Shown one piece after another: positions 37,765-48,185 of a DNA stretch of 64,000 nucleotides. Each line of letters starts with the position of its first letter. Position 1 is the first letter of the stretch. Source of the stretch: Akkermansia muciniphila (GTDB lineage Bacteria; Verrucomicrobiota; Verrucomicrobiia; Limisphaerales; SIBE01); contig CAMAWP010000005.1 in NCBI GenBank assembly GCA_945861765.1, forward strand, positions 2,651 to 66,650, in the 5' to 3' direction. Both the position numbers and the translations under genes were made by a program. The notes below the pieces were generated by a model. The model saw nothing but the letters and a program-made list of their open reading frames with translations, had not been told where the DNA came from and made no database searches.

Positions 37765-40700
37765 TCAGGGCTGCTTCGGAACTGGGCTCGCTTTGGAAAG
37801 CAAAAATGCGATCAAGTGATTGAAGTCTTCGATCGGTAAAATGTCACCGAAGTTTTCCGGCATCAATGAGGACTCGGATTCGCGCCGAGCTTGGATGTTT
37901 TTCTTGGGAACGGCGATTTCCTTGCCTGTCGAGTCAGCCAAGACCAGCATCTCGCCTTCCTCGCGCCGAGGGAGACCACTCACGACGTCGCCGTCCGTGA
38001 GCGTGATGATATGCGAACGAAACGCACGATCCACATTTCGATTCGGATCCAACATATCTTCCACCAAACGTTCTAGCCCACGGTTACCGATACCGTCAAG
38101 CTGTGGTCCGATCAAACCGCCCAGACCATCGATGCGATGGCAGACGGCGCAACTCTGCTGAAACACGCGTTGACCCTCGGAAATCTTCACCACAGCCGAC
38201 GCATAGGCCCGGCTGCGTTGAGCAATCAACCTTTCCCTCTGAGTGTCCGCTGTGGGCAGACCTTTCGTGAGCTTCTCTACCCGGGCCGCCGCGTCAGCGG
38301 GGTTGACCGCGAGCAACCTGTCTCTCACGGCACGATTCTGAAGCAGGGTCGGCGATGCGTTACCCGCAGCAACTGCCTGCAACAAAGCCTCTGCCCCGGC
38401 GACGCTGGCGGCAAGCGTTTGAGACCACTTCAATTGCACTCGATGCGGCGCAGATTTCATGGCAGCGAGCACTTCAGCACGAGCCCGCGACAAATCGGTT
38501 TCAACGAGCGCTACGCCGATGCCTTCACGCAGACGCAGTGGCTGAGCAATGTCCTTGAGGATTGGGGGTAAAACATTCGCAGCAGTCTCGCGATCCAATG
38601 CAGCCAAGGCGCGAGCGGCGGCCGCACGTGCGTCGGGGTCGAACTCCGGACGCAGGGCCACGTGCTGGACTTGCGCTTGGACCGGCAGGCGACGGCGACC
38701 GGCCACTTCAGCCGCAAGCTGCTGGCGCCGCGCCACGTCACCCGGCGCGACTAGCGGAAGCGGCAATGCCGGCGGGTCGAATCTTCCAAACGCCAGCCAA
38801 GCCCAGGCGTCCGCCGTATCGCCATCCGTCACTTCAAGGTAGCCTTGTTGACCGGTGTGTGTCCCCAAGTCCCAGGTGATTTTCTGGGCGATATCATTGC
38901 GTGGAGGAAAGGCTTCCGCGAGCAGAGCTCCGTCCTTGGCATCACGAAGCCGGACCACGTTGCGATGATGCGGTAGACGGTTCGGTTCGCCTTGGTGTCC
39001 GGCTAGATAAAAACTCAACCGCGAGGGCAGTGTGAACAGTATTGAACGTAATTTGCCGGTGAGCTGCTCGCCCAACGGCAGGCTGGAGAGCAAACGCGCG
39101 CTCTGGCCATCCGCACAGCGACGCTCTTGGAAGGCCCATGGATTGCGTGGATCATTTACGCCCTCGAGTGGCGTGTTCCACCAAGCCGTGTCGGGTGCCG
39201 AAACGAGCGCCCGGGCGCAACAGTCCGTTCCCCATCCTCGAAGTATCACGCTGAGGTCTCCGCCGCTCTGGGCAAGGCCCTCCTCGACACTCGCGAAGAG
39301 CGCCACTTGGAAATCGATGTCATTGGCGAACCCTTGCCGCGCGAACGCGGCGATCTGATCGAGCTCAGTGGCTGGGGCGTAACGGGCGGCGTGTTGAAGG
39401 GCGGCCGAGAGCGAGGCTCGCTCTTGATTCAGGCGCGAAAGGTTGCGGAGCAGAAAAGCTCCGGCCAACGGCGATTTGACAGCCACCGCCACATCTGCCA
39501 CAGCCTGCAGCTCTTCATTACTCCATTGAGAGTTCATCACCTTATTAAAGGTCCCCTCGTGTTTGAGTTGATCGCGGATCGCTTTGCGCACGACATAGAG
39601 CAGGTGTGTGTCCGCTGCTGGCACGCGCGCGAGCAGATCAAGCAATGGGCGTAGGTTGCCGCCGGCGCTGTTAAAATTTGCGAACGCCTCAGCGGCACAA
39701 CGCTGGACCAGCGGATCTCGATCCTTCAATCCCTCCGACGCAACCTGATGCGCCCTTTGAATCAAATCCGCGTGCGGCGGCAACCCGGGCAAACTGTCGC
39801 GATAGAGGATGTCGGCCGCGATGCGCTGGGCATGGACGCGGACGAGCGTCTCTCTCGACTTAGACGCTGCGTAAAGAGCCGCCGGAATGGGGTCGGATTC
39901 TGAGCTCGGCGGATTCAGACGATGCAGCAGCCAGAGTGCGTGGACGTGCTGGAATGCATTCACCGGAGCCTTCAACGCAGCGTCCAAGGCGCTGGTGGCC
40001 GTTTTGCCGATACGGTCGGAAAGTTGATTCATCGCCAGCATTCGCCAGGGGAGGTTCGGGTCAGCCAATTCCTTGACGAGTTGCTCGGCGGTCGCGGTGG
40101 TGAGGTCGAGCGTGCGTTTGTGAAGCTTCGATTTGCCATCAGCTCCTTTGTAAACCACGCGCCAGATTCTTCCGCGCTCACGGTCGCGCCCTGGATGCAT
40201 CAGCGGCACTTCGTAATGGCCGATTATGCGGTTGTAGAAATCCGCGATGTAAAATGCACCATCGGGGCCGAGCTGATTATCGACGGGACGGAACCAAGGG
40301 TCATCACTCTTGACGAAGTCGTCGAGTTCTATGGCTTGGGGGGAGGAACCATTAAACATTAAGCGATCGCGGTTGACGCGGCTGGTCATCACATTTCCGA
40401 TAAAAGTGTTCCCGTGAAACTCCTCCGGCCAGAGGTTGTCGGCATAGTAGAGCATTCCGTCAATGGCTGTTGACCCATGGCTGTGCTCCATGAGGACCGG
40501 TGCGAAGCCGAGGCCGTCGTGGGGTTTTCCAAAGCTCGGGTAGAAGCCGCCGGCGAGCAGTTGGTAAGTGGGCGCGCTATGGCAATCGCTGGAATAAAGA
40601 TTTCCGAGTGGGTCCCAAGCAAGGCCAAAGGGGTTTACCTGGCCCCAGGTGTGGTGTTCGATGCGCGAGCCGTCGAGGCGCATTCTGTAAGTGTTGCCGG

Positions 40701-41397
40701 AATTGAGATCCACTTGGTGGCCGTCGCGGCCTTTCACATGAGAATCGTTGTTGAATCCATGCGTGGCGTAAAGCCAGCCGTCAAAGCCCCGCCGGAAAGA
40801 GGCTTGATTGCCGTGGGTGTCACGGGTGTGATCGAACGGGCCGTAGAGCACCTCGCGCTTGTCTGCTTTGCCATCGCCGTCTGTATCTTCCATGAGCCAA
40901 ATATTTGGGATGGCCCAAGCGATGCATTTCCAAGTGAAGCCCAGTTTTCCATCGCTGGCAGGACTGTAAAAGGGGTAAATGCCAATGGGAATGTTGAGGC
41001 CGTCCGCGAAGATCGTTACCTTGCGAGCAAGGCCAGTTTCGTCGAAGTCGGAAAAAATCCTGATCGTGTCGCGCGCCGGCTTATCGAGGGGCGCAGCGAA
41101 TGGATATTCACGGGATTCGGTGATCCAAAGCCGGCCCACCGCATCGAAGGCCATGTTCATCGGTTTACGGAGATCCGGCTCCGCGGCCACCAGTTGAATT
41201 TCAAATCCCGGCGACAGGTGAAATTTCCTCAACTGCTCCGCCGGCGGCAACGGATCAGTGTTTCGAACGCCCTCGGCAAAAGGATCAGCGCACATGACCG
41301 CAAACTGGCAAAGCAGGGAAGTCACTGCGACCACCGACGTCCAAACCACTCTCCGAATACGATAAGCCAACTGCTGGCGAAGGGAATTCTGTTTCAT
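37765..41397 (-). CDS. PVC-type membrane-bound-dehydrogenase-like beta-propeller + HEAT repeats + C-terminal CxxCH heme-binding domain protein
   Basis: 1210 aa. N-terminal signal/anchor, propeller-like region, long helical repeat region, and CAVCHRIDG near the C-terminus. This is the architecture of the Pirellula/Verrucomicrobium-type heme-binding family. Confidence 0.85.
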   Translation of the reverse strand: MKQNSLRQQLAYRIRRVVWTSVVAVTSLLCQFAVMCADPFAEGVRNTDPLPPAEQLRKFHLSPGFEIQLVAAEPDLRKPMNMAFDAVGRLWITESREYPFAAPLDKPARDTIRIFSDFDETGLARKVTIFADGLNIPIGIYPFYSPASDGKLGFTWKCIAWAIPNIWLMEDTDGDGKADKREVLYGPFDHTRDTHGNQASFRRGFDGWLYATHGFNNDSHVKGRDGHQVDLNSGNTYRMRLDGSRIEHHTWGQVNPFGLAWDPLGNLYSSDCHSAPTYQLLAGGFYPSFGKPHDGLGFAPVLMEHSHGSTAIDGMLYYADNLWPEEFHGNTFIGNVMTSRVNRDRLMFNGSSPQAIELDDFVKSDDPWFRPVDNQLGPDGAFYIADFYNRIIGHYEVPLMHPGRDRERGRIWRVVYKGADGKSKLHKRTLDLTTATAEQLVKELADPNLPWRMLAMNQLSDRIGKTATSALDAALKAPVNAFQHVHALWLLHRLNPPSSESDPIPAALYAASKSRETLVRVHAQRIAADILYRDSLPGLPPHADLIQRAHQVASEGLKDRDPLVQRCAAEAFANFNSAGGNLRPLLDLLARVPAADTHLLYVVRKAIRDQLKHEGTFNKVMNSQWSNEELQAVADVAVAVKSPLAGAFLLRNLSRLNQERASLSAALQHAARYAPATELDQIAAFARQGFANDIDFQVALFASVEEGLAQSGGDLSVILRGWGTDCCARALVSAPDTAWWNTPLEGVNDPRNPWAFQERRCADGQSARLLSSLPLGEQLTGKLRSILFTLPSRLSFYLAGHQGEPNRLPHHRNVVRLRDAKDGALLAEAFPPRNDIAQKITWDLGTHTGQQGYLEVTDGDTADAWAWLAFGRFDPPALPLPLVAPGDVARRQQLAAEVAGRRRLPVQAQVQHVALRPEFDPDARAAAARALAALDRETAANVLPPILKDIAQPLRLREGIGVALVETDLSRARAEVLAAMKSAPHRVQLKWSQTLAASVAGAEALLQAVAAGNASPTLLQNRAVRDRLLAVNPADAAARVEKLTKGLPTADTQRERLIAQRSRAYASAVVKISEGQRVFQQSCAVCHRIDGLGGLIGPQLDGIGNRGLERLVEDMLDPNRNVDRAFRSHIITLTDGDVVSGLPRREEGEMLVLADSTGKEIAVPKKNIQARRESESSLMPENFGDILPIEDFNHLIAFLLSKASPVPKQP

Positions 41398-41567
41398 GCT
41401 ATGAGTTCACTTATGCTCCAAAACATCATCAGCCAAAAGAAAAACTTTTTGACACTCGCCTAGATCGCAAACGCAATTGACCGGGAATGGCTCCTGTCAG
41501 ATAGTAAGGTAAAGCTTGGCCTTTTGCTTAGCAGGCTGACGCTCCGAGACATGGCTATGCGGATTAA

Positions 41568-42659
41568 ATGAAAAAACAACTTCTTCACCTCGTTTTACTC
41601 GCTCTATTTGGTTCGGCGTCTGCCGCCACCCCCGGAAAGGCACAATTCAGTCTGCATTGTGTCTCCTTGCGATTTCAGCCGGGCACGACGACTTCGTTAG
41701 GACTTAAGTACAACTTGGAATTAACAACCGATTCGTCGGCGGCATCGACAGTGAATGGCGAACTGGTGCCTTTGCCCGTTGGAGCACCCAGCAGCCATGG
41801 ATGCTACTACCGGCTCGGCGGTGACAGTATTTTTGAGCCTGTCAGTGGCTCGTTCTTTCTTAATTTGCCCGAGGCAAGAGACGACAATACCAACGCCATC
41901 GCGGATTTTTTTGAAGTGAGCCAAGCGGTGAGTGCAGCCACCACCACCGGAACTTTTGAAGACTTTGAGAGAAGCGGCAAGATCACAACCACGTGGAGCC
42001 GAGAAGCCAACTCTAAGAGTGGCACATGCCGACTGAATATGGACGGCTATGGCCTAACGTTTAACCTTACGTATGAGATCCTGGAGTTCGTCGGAACCCT
42101 GAATTATAGCACTTATGCGACCAACGTCGTGGGCTTCGTGACTTTGACCAACACCTTGGCGCCTTCGAAGCGACTCTCGGGCAGAGTCGATTTCGCTAAG
42201 GTAACTCCAGACCGCTTGAGCCTGGGTGCGGGTGCATGGACCGATGAAACTGGCCGAAGCACGGTTTTTTTAGGATCGGAAGAGCTGGATCGTAACAGAA
42301 CGAACTACGTTAATTCTTTAGGGTTTAAAGATGGCGATTTAACAACGAGCGTGGAGGACTATGCTTTCTGGCTGCTCAGGATCAGTGACTCGAATGACGC
42401 CAATGGCAATGGCATCCCCGACTTGAGTGATGTTCCTGTTCCACGTTCGCCGTCACTGGGTGTGAGTTTGTCGAATCGCCAACTGCTGTTCAGCGTGAGG
42501 GGCGAGGTTGGAAAACGGCACGAGATAGAGCGTCTTTCCGCTCTCGGAAAAACCAATTGGGTGATTGCCACGTCACTGACACTCACCAACGACCCGCAGA
42601 CGGCTACCTTGCCAGTCCCGACAAACGGGATAGGGTTCTGGCGCGTGAAGGTGCCTTAG
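41568..42659 (+). CDS. Exported hypothetical protein with one thrombospondin-type-3-like Ca-binding loop
   Basis: Signal peptide MKKQLLHLVLLALFGSASA. DSNDANGNGIPDLSD motif. Confidence 0.5.
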   Translation: MKKQLLHLVLLALFGSASAATPGKAQFSLHCVSLRFQPGTTTSLGLKYNLELTTDSSAASTVNGELVPLPVGAPSSHGCYYRLGGDSIFEPVSGSFFLNLPEARDDNTNAIADFFEVSQAVSAATTTGTFEDFERSGKITTTWSREANSKSGTCRLNMDGYGLTFNLTYEILEFVGTLNYSTYATNVVGFVTLTNTLAPSKRLSGRVDFAKVTPDRLSLGAGAWTDETGRSTVFLGSEELDRNRTNYVNSLGFKDGDLTTSVEDYAFWLLRISDSNDANGNGIPDLSDVPVPRSPSLGVSLSNRQLLFSVRGEVGKRHEIERLSALGKTNWVIATSLTLTNDPQTATLPVPTNGIGFWRVKVP

Positions 42660-42823
42660 CGCAATTGATCTCGTAGCAGCCGGCCGTTGTAGGTTTTGAT
42701 TCCACAGCGAACGAGGATCAAGCCTTCCGACGCTCGCTGGTGCTTGAATTCCCTCAGCAACAATTCCCTCTGTGGTTGGATTTCTGTTTGACCATTTTTA
42801 ACGGGGCAACGTAGCCTTGCAGC

Positions 42824-44242
42824 GTGGAAAATGCACTTGTTCAACCTAATCCGTGGATGATTTTGCCCTTCATCCTCCTTTTAGGAACAATTGCTCTGGC
42901 CCCTTTATTCTTCGCGGACTTTTGGGCTAAACATTATCCGAAGGTCGCCTATGGCTTGGGGTCGATCACTTTGATCTATTATTTTTTTGGTCTTCATGCT
43001 CATGAAGCCATGATTCACACAGCGAAGGATTATATCAGTTTCATCGCGCTGATTGGTTCTTTGTTTGTGGTTTCGGGCGGCATTCACATCAGGGTTAAGG
43101 GTGAAGCAACTCCGTTGGCGAATGTTGTGTTTCTCGCCATCGGGGCAGTCCTGGCGAATCTCCTCGGGACAACCGGCGCTTCGATGCTCTTGATTCGCCC
43201 GTGGATAAGGATGAACAAGTGCCGGATCACGGCACATCACGTGGTTTTCTTTATTTTTATCGTCTCAAATGTAGGCGGCTGTTTGACTCCGATCGGCGAT
43301 CCTCCGCTCTTCCTCGGCTACCTGAAGGGCATTCCATTTTGGTGGACCTTGGAATATTGCTGGCCGATGTGGGCCGTGGCCGTGGGAATTTTGCTGGCGA
43401 TGTTTTTCGCGGTGGATTACCGCAATTACCTACGCGCCCCAAAGGCCGTTCGGGAACGACTGGCCGAGCCGCCTGATCAATGGCGCTTCGATGGATTGCC
43501 CAACCTATTTTTTCTCGGAGTTATTCTGGCGGCGGTGTTCATCACTCATCCACCGTTTCTTCGCGAGGCTTTGATGGTGGGAGCGGCTTTCGGATCTTAT
43601 TTTACGACGCGGAAATCGGTGCATGAGGCGAACGATTTTGATTTTCATCCCATTCAGGAGGTGGCGATTCTCTTTCTTGGCATATTTGCCACGATGATGC
43701 CGGCACTCGATTGGCTGCAAATGAACGCAGGAAAGATGGGTGATCCTTCTCTCTCCATTTTCTACTGGGGCAGTGGAGTTCTATCGAGCGTTCTTGATAA
43801 CGCGCCGACCTATTTGAGTTTCTTGAAGGTGATCTTTGGCGCCATGATCAACCAGGAGACGGTCGAGAAGATTCATCAACTGATTCAAGCCGGCGGAACC
43901 GCTTCGGGGATTCACGCCGAACAAATCAATCAGACACTGATAGCTCTCCAAAAATATCATTCCGTCGAACTGTCGAATAAATCCGTGACACTTGACCAAA
44001 TTGAAACGGCTTATCTTGTCGGCAACCTGGCTTTGAACAAGTATCTGGTAGCCATCAGCGTTGGAGCGGTCTTTTTCGGCGCGAACACTTACATCGGCAA
44101 TGGACCTAATTTCATGGTGAAAGCGATCGCGCACCATAACCACGTCCATACCCCGTCGTTTCTTGGTTACATTCTCAAATACACTTTGCCTTTCATGCTG
44201 CCAACGTTGATCATTGTTTGGTGGCTCTTTTTTAAGGCCTGA
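42824..44242 (+). CDS. ArsB/NhaD-superfamily permease (Na+/H+ antiporter-like)
   Basis: 472 aa, about 11-12 TM segments. GTG start, or ATG at 42857. Confidence 0.75.
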   Translation: MENALVQPNPWMILPFILLLGTIALAPLFFADFWAKHYPKVAYGLGSITLIYYFFGLHAHEAMIHTAKDYISFIALIGSLFVVSGGIHIRVKGEATPLANVVFLAIGAVLANLLGTTGASMLLIRPWIRMNKCRITAHHVVFFIFIVSNVGGCLTPIGDPPLFLGYLKGIPFWWTLEYCWPMWAVAVGILLAMFFAVDYRNYLRAPKAVRERLAEPPDQWRFDGLPNLFFLGVILAAVFITHPPFLREALMVGAAFGSYFTTRKSVHEANDFDFHPIQEVAILFLGIFATMMPALDWLQMNAGKMGDPSLSIFYWGSGVLSSVLDNAPTYLSFLKVIFGAMINQETVEKIHQLIQAGGTASGIHAEQINQTLIALQKYHSVELSNKSVTLDQIETAYLVGNLALNKYLVAISVGAVFFGANTYIGNGPNFMVKAIAHHNHVHTPSFLGYILKYTLPFMLPTLIIVWWLFFKA

Positions 44243-44243
44243 A

Positions 44244-45620
44244 ATGCGGCGCCTCTACAACATCCTATTTACCATCTTCTTCATCGGCTCGGTTCCGTAT
44301 TATTTTTTGAAGATGTGGCGGCGCGGAAACTGGAGGCAAGGGTTCGGCCAGCGTTTTGGCCAGCATGGGACAAGAATCAAGCAGGCTCTAACCAATCGGC
44401 ACGTCGTTTGGATTCACGCGGTCAGCGTAGGGGAAGTCAACATCTGCACTCAACTGATTCGCGCCCTGGAGCCCCGAGCGCCGAACCTCAAAATCGTTGT
44501 TTCGACCACGACCTCGACCGGCATGAGCGAGCTCCAAAAGCGACTCCCCCATCATATCGAGAAAATCTATTATCCGATCGACCGCCGCAAATGCGTCGAT
44601 CGTGCTCTCCGAACAATCGACCCGGAAGCCGTGGTGCTGGTCGAAGCGGAAATCTGGCCCAATTTTCTCTGGCGAATTGCCGAGAAGAAAATCCCGATTT
44701 TTCTCGTGAATGCCCGGATGTCCGAGCGTTCTTACCGAGGCTACAAGCGCTTCGCCTTTTTGTTTAGACCGATTTTCGCGTCCTTTACGGGAATCGGTGT
44801 TCAAAACGAAATCGACGCCCAGCGAATGCGCGAACTCGGATGTCGGTGTGAAGCTGTTCATGTTGTTGGCAACCTCAAATTCGACGCCGCCCGATTGGAC
44901 GAGCGTCCGCTCCTGGATGTTTCTGTTCTTTTCCGCCAACTGAATGTGCCGGAAGGCGCGCGCATTCTGGTAGGTGGCAGCACGCACGATGGAGAAGAAG
45001 CGATTCTGGCAGACCTGTTCCTCCGGTTGCGAAAGCGATTTCCGGACATTTTCCTCATCCTGGTCCCGCGGCATTTTGAGCGAGGAAAGGCAGTTGGGAA
45101 AGAATTGAGCGAGCGCGGCATTAAGCATGTTTATCGGACGGAAATCGGCACCACCACTCAATTCAAGCCGAGGGAGGTCGAATGTCTTCTGGTAAATACG
45201 ACCGGCGAACTGAAATATTTTTATGAGCCAGCCTCAATCATCTTTATCGGAAAGAGTCTCACGGCAGAGGGAGGACAAAATCCGATCGAGCCGGGAGCCT
45301 TGGGCAGAGCCATTGTTTTTGGACCGAACATGCAGAATTTCAAAGCAATCGCCGCAGCCTTTGTCGCGAATCGAGGTGCCGTTCAAGTCCAGAATGTGGC
45401 GGAACTGGAGCAGGCTTTTGTTGAATTGCTGAGTGACCCGAAGCGACGGCTCGAATTAGGACGCAATGCGTTGAAGGTAGTTAAGGAGAACCTGGGATCG
45501 ATCGAACGTACGGTGGAAATGATTGTAAAGCACCTCCACGGCGAGGATGTTTATGTGGCCCCCCGGCCGGAACAACTCTCGCCCTCGGCGACACAGGGCC
45601 GGGGGGCAACCGAGAGCTAA
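44244..45620 (+). CDS. waaA: 3-deoxy-D-manno-octulosonic acid (Kdo) transferase
   Basis: Start taken at MRRLYNILFT. VWIHAVSVGE motif and resemblance to the GT30 family. Confidence 0.9.
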   Translation: MRRLYNILFTIFFIGSVPYYFLKMWRRGNWRQGFGQRFGQHGTRIKQALTNRHVVWIHAVSVGEVNICTQLIRALEPRAPNLKIVVSTTTSTGMSELQKRLPHHIEKIYYPIDRRKCVDRALRTIDPEAVVLVEAEIWPNFLWRIAEKKIPIFLVNARMSERSYRGYKRFAFLFRPIFASFTGIGVQNEIDAQRMRELGCRCEAVHVVGNLKFDAARLDERPLLDVSVLFRQLNVPEGARILVGGSTHDGEEAILADLFLRLRKRFPDIFLILVPRHFERGKAVGKELSERGIKHVYRTEIGTTTQFKPREVECLLVNTTGELKYFYEPASIIFIGKSLTAEGGQNPIEPGALGRAIVFGPNMQNFKAIAAAFVANRGAVQVQNVAELEQAFVELLSDPKRRLELGRNALKVVKENLGSIERTVEMIVKHLHGEDVYVAPRPEQLSPSATQGRGATES

Positions 45621-45650
45621 ATCCCCTCCCGAAGGATTTCCCCATCTTCG

Positions 45651-46739
45651 CTAGCCCAATATGCGTCGGCCTTCGTCAAGGAAGATCCCTTTGAAATTCA
45701 TCTCGAGAGCTTGGGGGTTGGTGGCTTTGGCCAAGGCTTCTTTCTCGGTCACTTTTCGGTCTTTCACCAGTTGGAAGAGAGCTTGATTGAAACTAAGCAT
45801 CCCATCTTCGTTCCCCGTTTCGATGGCACCTGGGAGCTTGTCGAGGCGGTTTTCTTCGAGCAGCTTTTTCACGGTGCCAGTATTGATCAGGATTTCCAAA
45901 GCCGGAGTCACACCTCCCGTCGCCGTGTTCACCATGCGCTGGCAGATCACGGCTTGGAGCGTTCCGGCCAACTGCCGACGGACCTGCTCTCGTTCGTCGG
46001 CCTTGAAGAAGTCAAGGATTCGACCGATAGATTGCGCGGCATTGGTGGTGTGCAATGTGGAGAGCACCAAGTGTCCCGTATCAGCAGCGCTCATCGAAGC
46101 CGAGAAACTGATTGCGTCGCGCATCTCTCCAATCATGATAATATCCGGGTCTTGTCGAAGAATATGGCGGAGACCATGTGGAAACGAGAGGGTATCCAAC
46201 CCGAGTTCCCGTTGCTCGATCACGGATTGATTGTCTTCGAAGACATATTCGATCGGATCCTCCAATGTAATGATATGCTTTTTGCTATTGCTGTTGATGT
46301 GTTCGATCATCGCAGCAAGCGTCGTGGACTTGCCGCAGCCCGTGGAACCCGCCACCAAAACGATGCCTCGAGCGGACTCCGCCAGTTTCTTTACAATAGG
46401 TAAAAGGCCGAGGGCTTCAAAACTTGGGACGTTAGTTTTGACATAGCGCATCGCCAAACAGAACTGGCCTTTTTGTTGAAACAAGTTAGTGCGGAATCGT
46501 CCGATGCCTGGCATGTAATATGAAAAATCCACCTCGCGCTCTTCTTCCAGTTTCTTCTGAGCATGACGAGGAACGATCTTTTCAACAATGTGGTTCACCC
46601 ACGCTTCGGTGGGGGTTGGCGATTCGATCGCGACGAGGTGGCGGTTAATTCGGAAGATAATTGGTGTGCCAACCTTGACATGCACATCGGAGGCGCCGCC
46701 GTCGATGGCGGTTTGCAAAATACGGTGAAAAAGTTCCAT
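45651..46739 (-). CDS. pilT: Type IV pilus retraction ATPase PilT
   Basis: Walker A GSTGCGKST, the IITLEDPIE and GHLVLSTLHT motifs, and typical length. Confidence 0.92.
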   Translation of the reverse strand: MELFHRILQTAIDGGASDVHVKVGTPIIFRINRHLVAIESPTPTEAWVNHIVEKIVPRHAQKKLEEEREVDFSYYMPGIGRFRTNLFQQKGQFCLAMRYVKTNVPSFEALGLLPIVKKLAESARGIVLVAGSTGCGKSTTLAAMIEHINSNSKKHIITLEDPIEYVFEDNQSVIEQRELGLDTLSFPHGLRHILRQDPDIIMIGEMRDAISFSASMSAADTGHLVLSTLHTTNAAQSIGRILDFFKADEREQVRRQLAGTLQAVICQRMVNTATGGVTPALEILINTGTVKKLLEENRLDKLPGAIETGNEDGMLSFNQALFQLVKDRKVTEKEALAKATNPQALEMNFKGIFLDEGRRILG

Positions 46740-46766
46740 TCGCCCAGCGTAGCGACGCCGCGGAGT

Positions 46767-47093
46767 TTAGGCGAGTTGAGAATACGAGAGCTGAGCCAGA
46801 TGCTCCTGCGATTGCCGGGAAAGATTCATGAAGACCATGGAAACAAAATATCCAGCGTGCCGGTTGCCATGGCACTCGACAACGATGCCAATGCAATTGA
46901 CCTTTTTGCCATCTCGAGGAGATTGCAAGTCCACCGTCATTTCGGTCCAGGTTGGAATCGGTTTCTCGGAGCGAAATTCAATTCCATTTTTACGGAAGAG
47001 AATGGCATCAGCCGAGAGCGAGAGCCGCGTTTGTTGAGATTCAAGCGTGAGAGACTGAAAAACGCCTGACGTGTCGAGTTTGCTTGTGCTCAT
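46767..47093 (-). CDS. PilZ-like small beta-barrel protein lacking canonical RxxxR / DxSxxG motifs (tentative)
   Basis: 108 aa, 27 bp upstream of pilT. The pattern ...ILFRKNGIEFRSEKPIP...VDLQSPRDGKKVNCIGIVVEC... resembles a PilZ fold. The motifs are degenerate. Confidence 0.4.
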   Translation of the reverse strand: MSTSKLDTSGVFQSLTLESQQTRLSLSADAILFRKNGIEFRSEKPIPTWTEMTVDLQSPRDGKKVNCIGIVVECHGNRHAGYFVSMVFMNLSRQSQEHLAQLSYSQLA

Positions 47094-47141
47094 AGAGGTG
47101 GTTTTAATCTATCACAAGTCGGTTTCCCGTCAATGAATCGG

Positions 47142-48185
47142 CTACCATTCGATGATCGCGGCTCCCCAGGTGAGGCCGGCGCCGAACACGACTAACAGAA
47201 GCAGATCGCCTTGTTGAATCCGTCCGCTCTGAACGGCTTCATCGAGAGCAATGGCGACTGAAGCGGCTGAGGTGTTGCCGTATTTCTCTAAATTCACGAA
47301 CAATTGTTCGGGTTGAGCTCCCAGACGTTCACCGACTGCGTCAATGATGCGCCGATTCGCTTGATGGGGGATAATGCATTTGATCTGCGTGATGTCTAGT
47401 TCACAACGTCGCAAGACTTCCTGCGCAGCCGTCAACATCGCATTGACAGCATTCTTGAAAGTTTCCTTCCCGTCCATTCGCAGGTAATGCAAACGCGACG
47501 CGACGGATTGGGAAGTGGCGGGACATCGGCTTCCTCCGGCAGGCATGCACAACAATTCGGCCTTGCTGCCATCTGCTCCCATGCAAGCGGTCAAGAGTCC
47601 GTGGCTATCGGGACGATTCTGCAAGATGGCGGCCCCGGCGCCGTCTCCAAAAAGAACGCAGGTATTTCGATCCGACCAGTCGATGATGGAAGATAATTTT
47701 TCCGCTCCGATCACCAGCACCGTGTCGTAGGTGCGGGACATGATAAACTGCTGGCCGATCTCAAGCCCGTAAATGAAGCCCGAGCATGCGGCTTCCAGGT
47801 CGAATGCGGCTGCACGCCTCGCTCCGATCTTCTGCTGCACCAAGCATGCGGTGGAAGGGAAAAGCATGTCTGGGGTGATGGTGGCCACGATGATCAGATC
47901 GATCTCGCTGGGCGTGATGCCCGCTCTACCGATTGCCATGAGCGCTGCTTTCGAAGCTATATCCGAGGTGAATTCGTCGTCCGCCGCTATCCGACGTTCC
48001 TTGATGCCTGTGCGACTAGTGATCCATTCATCCGACGTATCCACCGTTCTTGCCAACTCGGCATTGGTCAATATTCGTTCCGGAACATAAGAGCCCACGG
48101 CCACAATCGATGAGGTGCGTCCTTTGAAATCGTGCTGAGCGCGCGGGTTTCTAAATCTCAATGATTTGGCAGGGGCGGAACTCAT
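47142..48185 (-). CDS. fabH: Beta-ketoacyl-ACP synthase III
   Basis: AACSGF active-site Cys context, IPHQAN and GNTSAAS motifs. Confidence 0.95.
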   Translation of the reverse strand: MSSAPAKSLRFRNPRAQHDFKGRTSSIVAVGSYVPERILTNAELARTVDTSDEWITSRTGIKERRIAADDEFTSDIASKAALMAIGRAGITPSEIDLIIVATITPDMLFPSTACLVQQKIGARRAAAFDLEAACSGFIYGLEIGQQFIMSRTYDTVLVIGAEKLSSIIDWSDRNTCVLFGDGAGAAILQNRPDSHGLLTACMGADGSKAELLCMPAGGSRCPATSQSVASRLHYLRMDGKETFKNAVNAMLTAAQEVLRRCELDITQIKCIIPHQANRRIIDAVGERLGAQPEQLFVNLEKYGNTSAASVAIALDEAVQSGRIQQGDLLLLVVFGAGLTWGAAIIEW

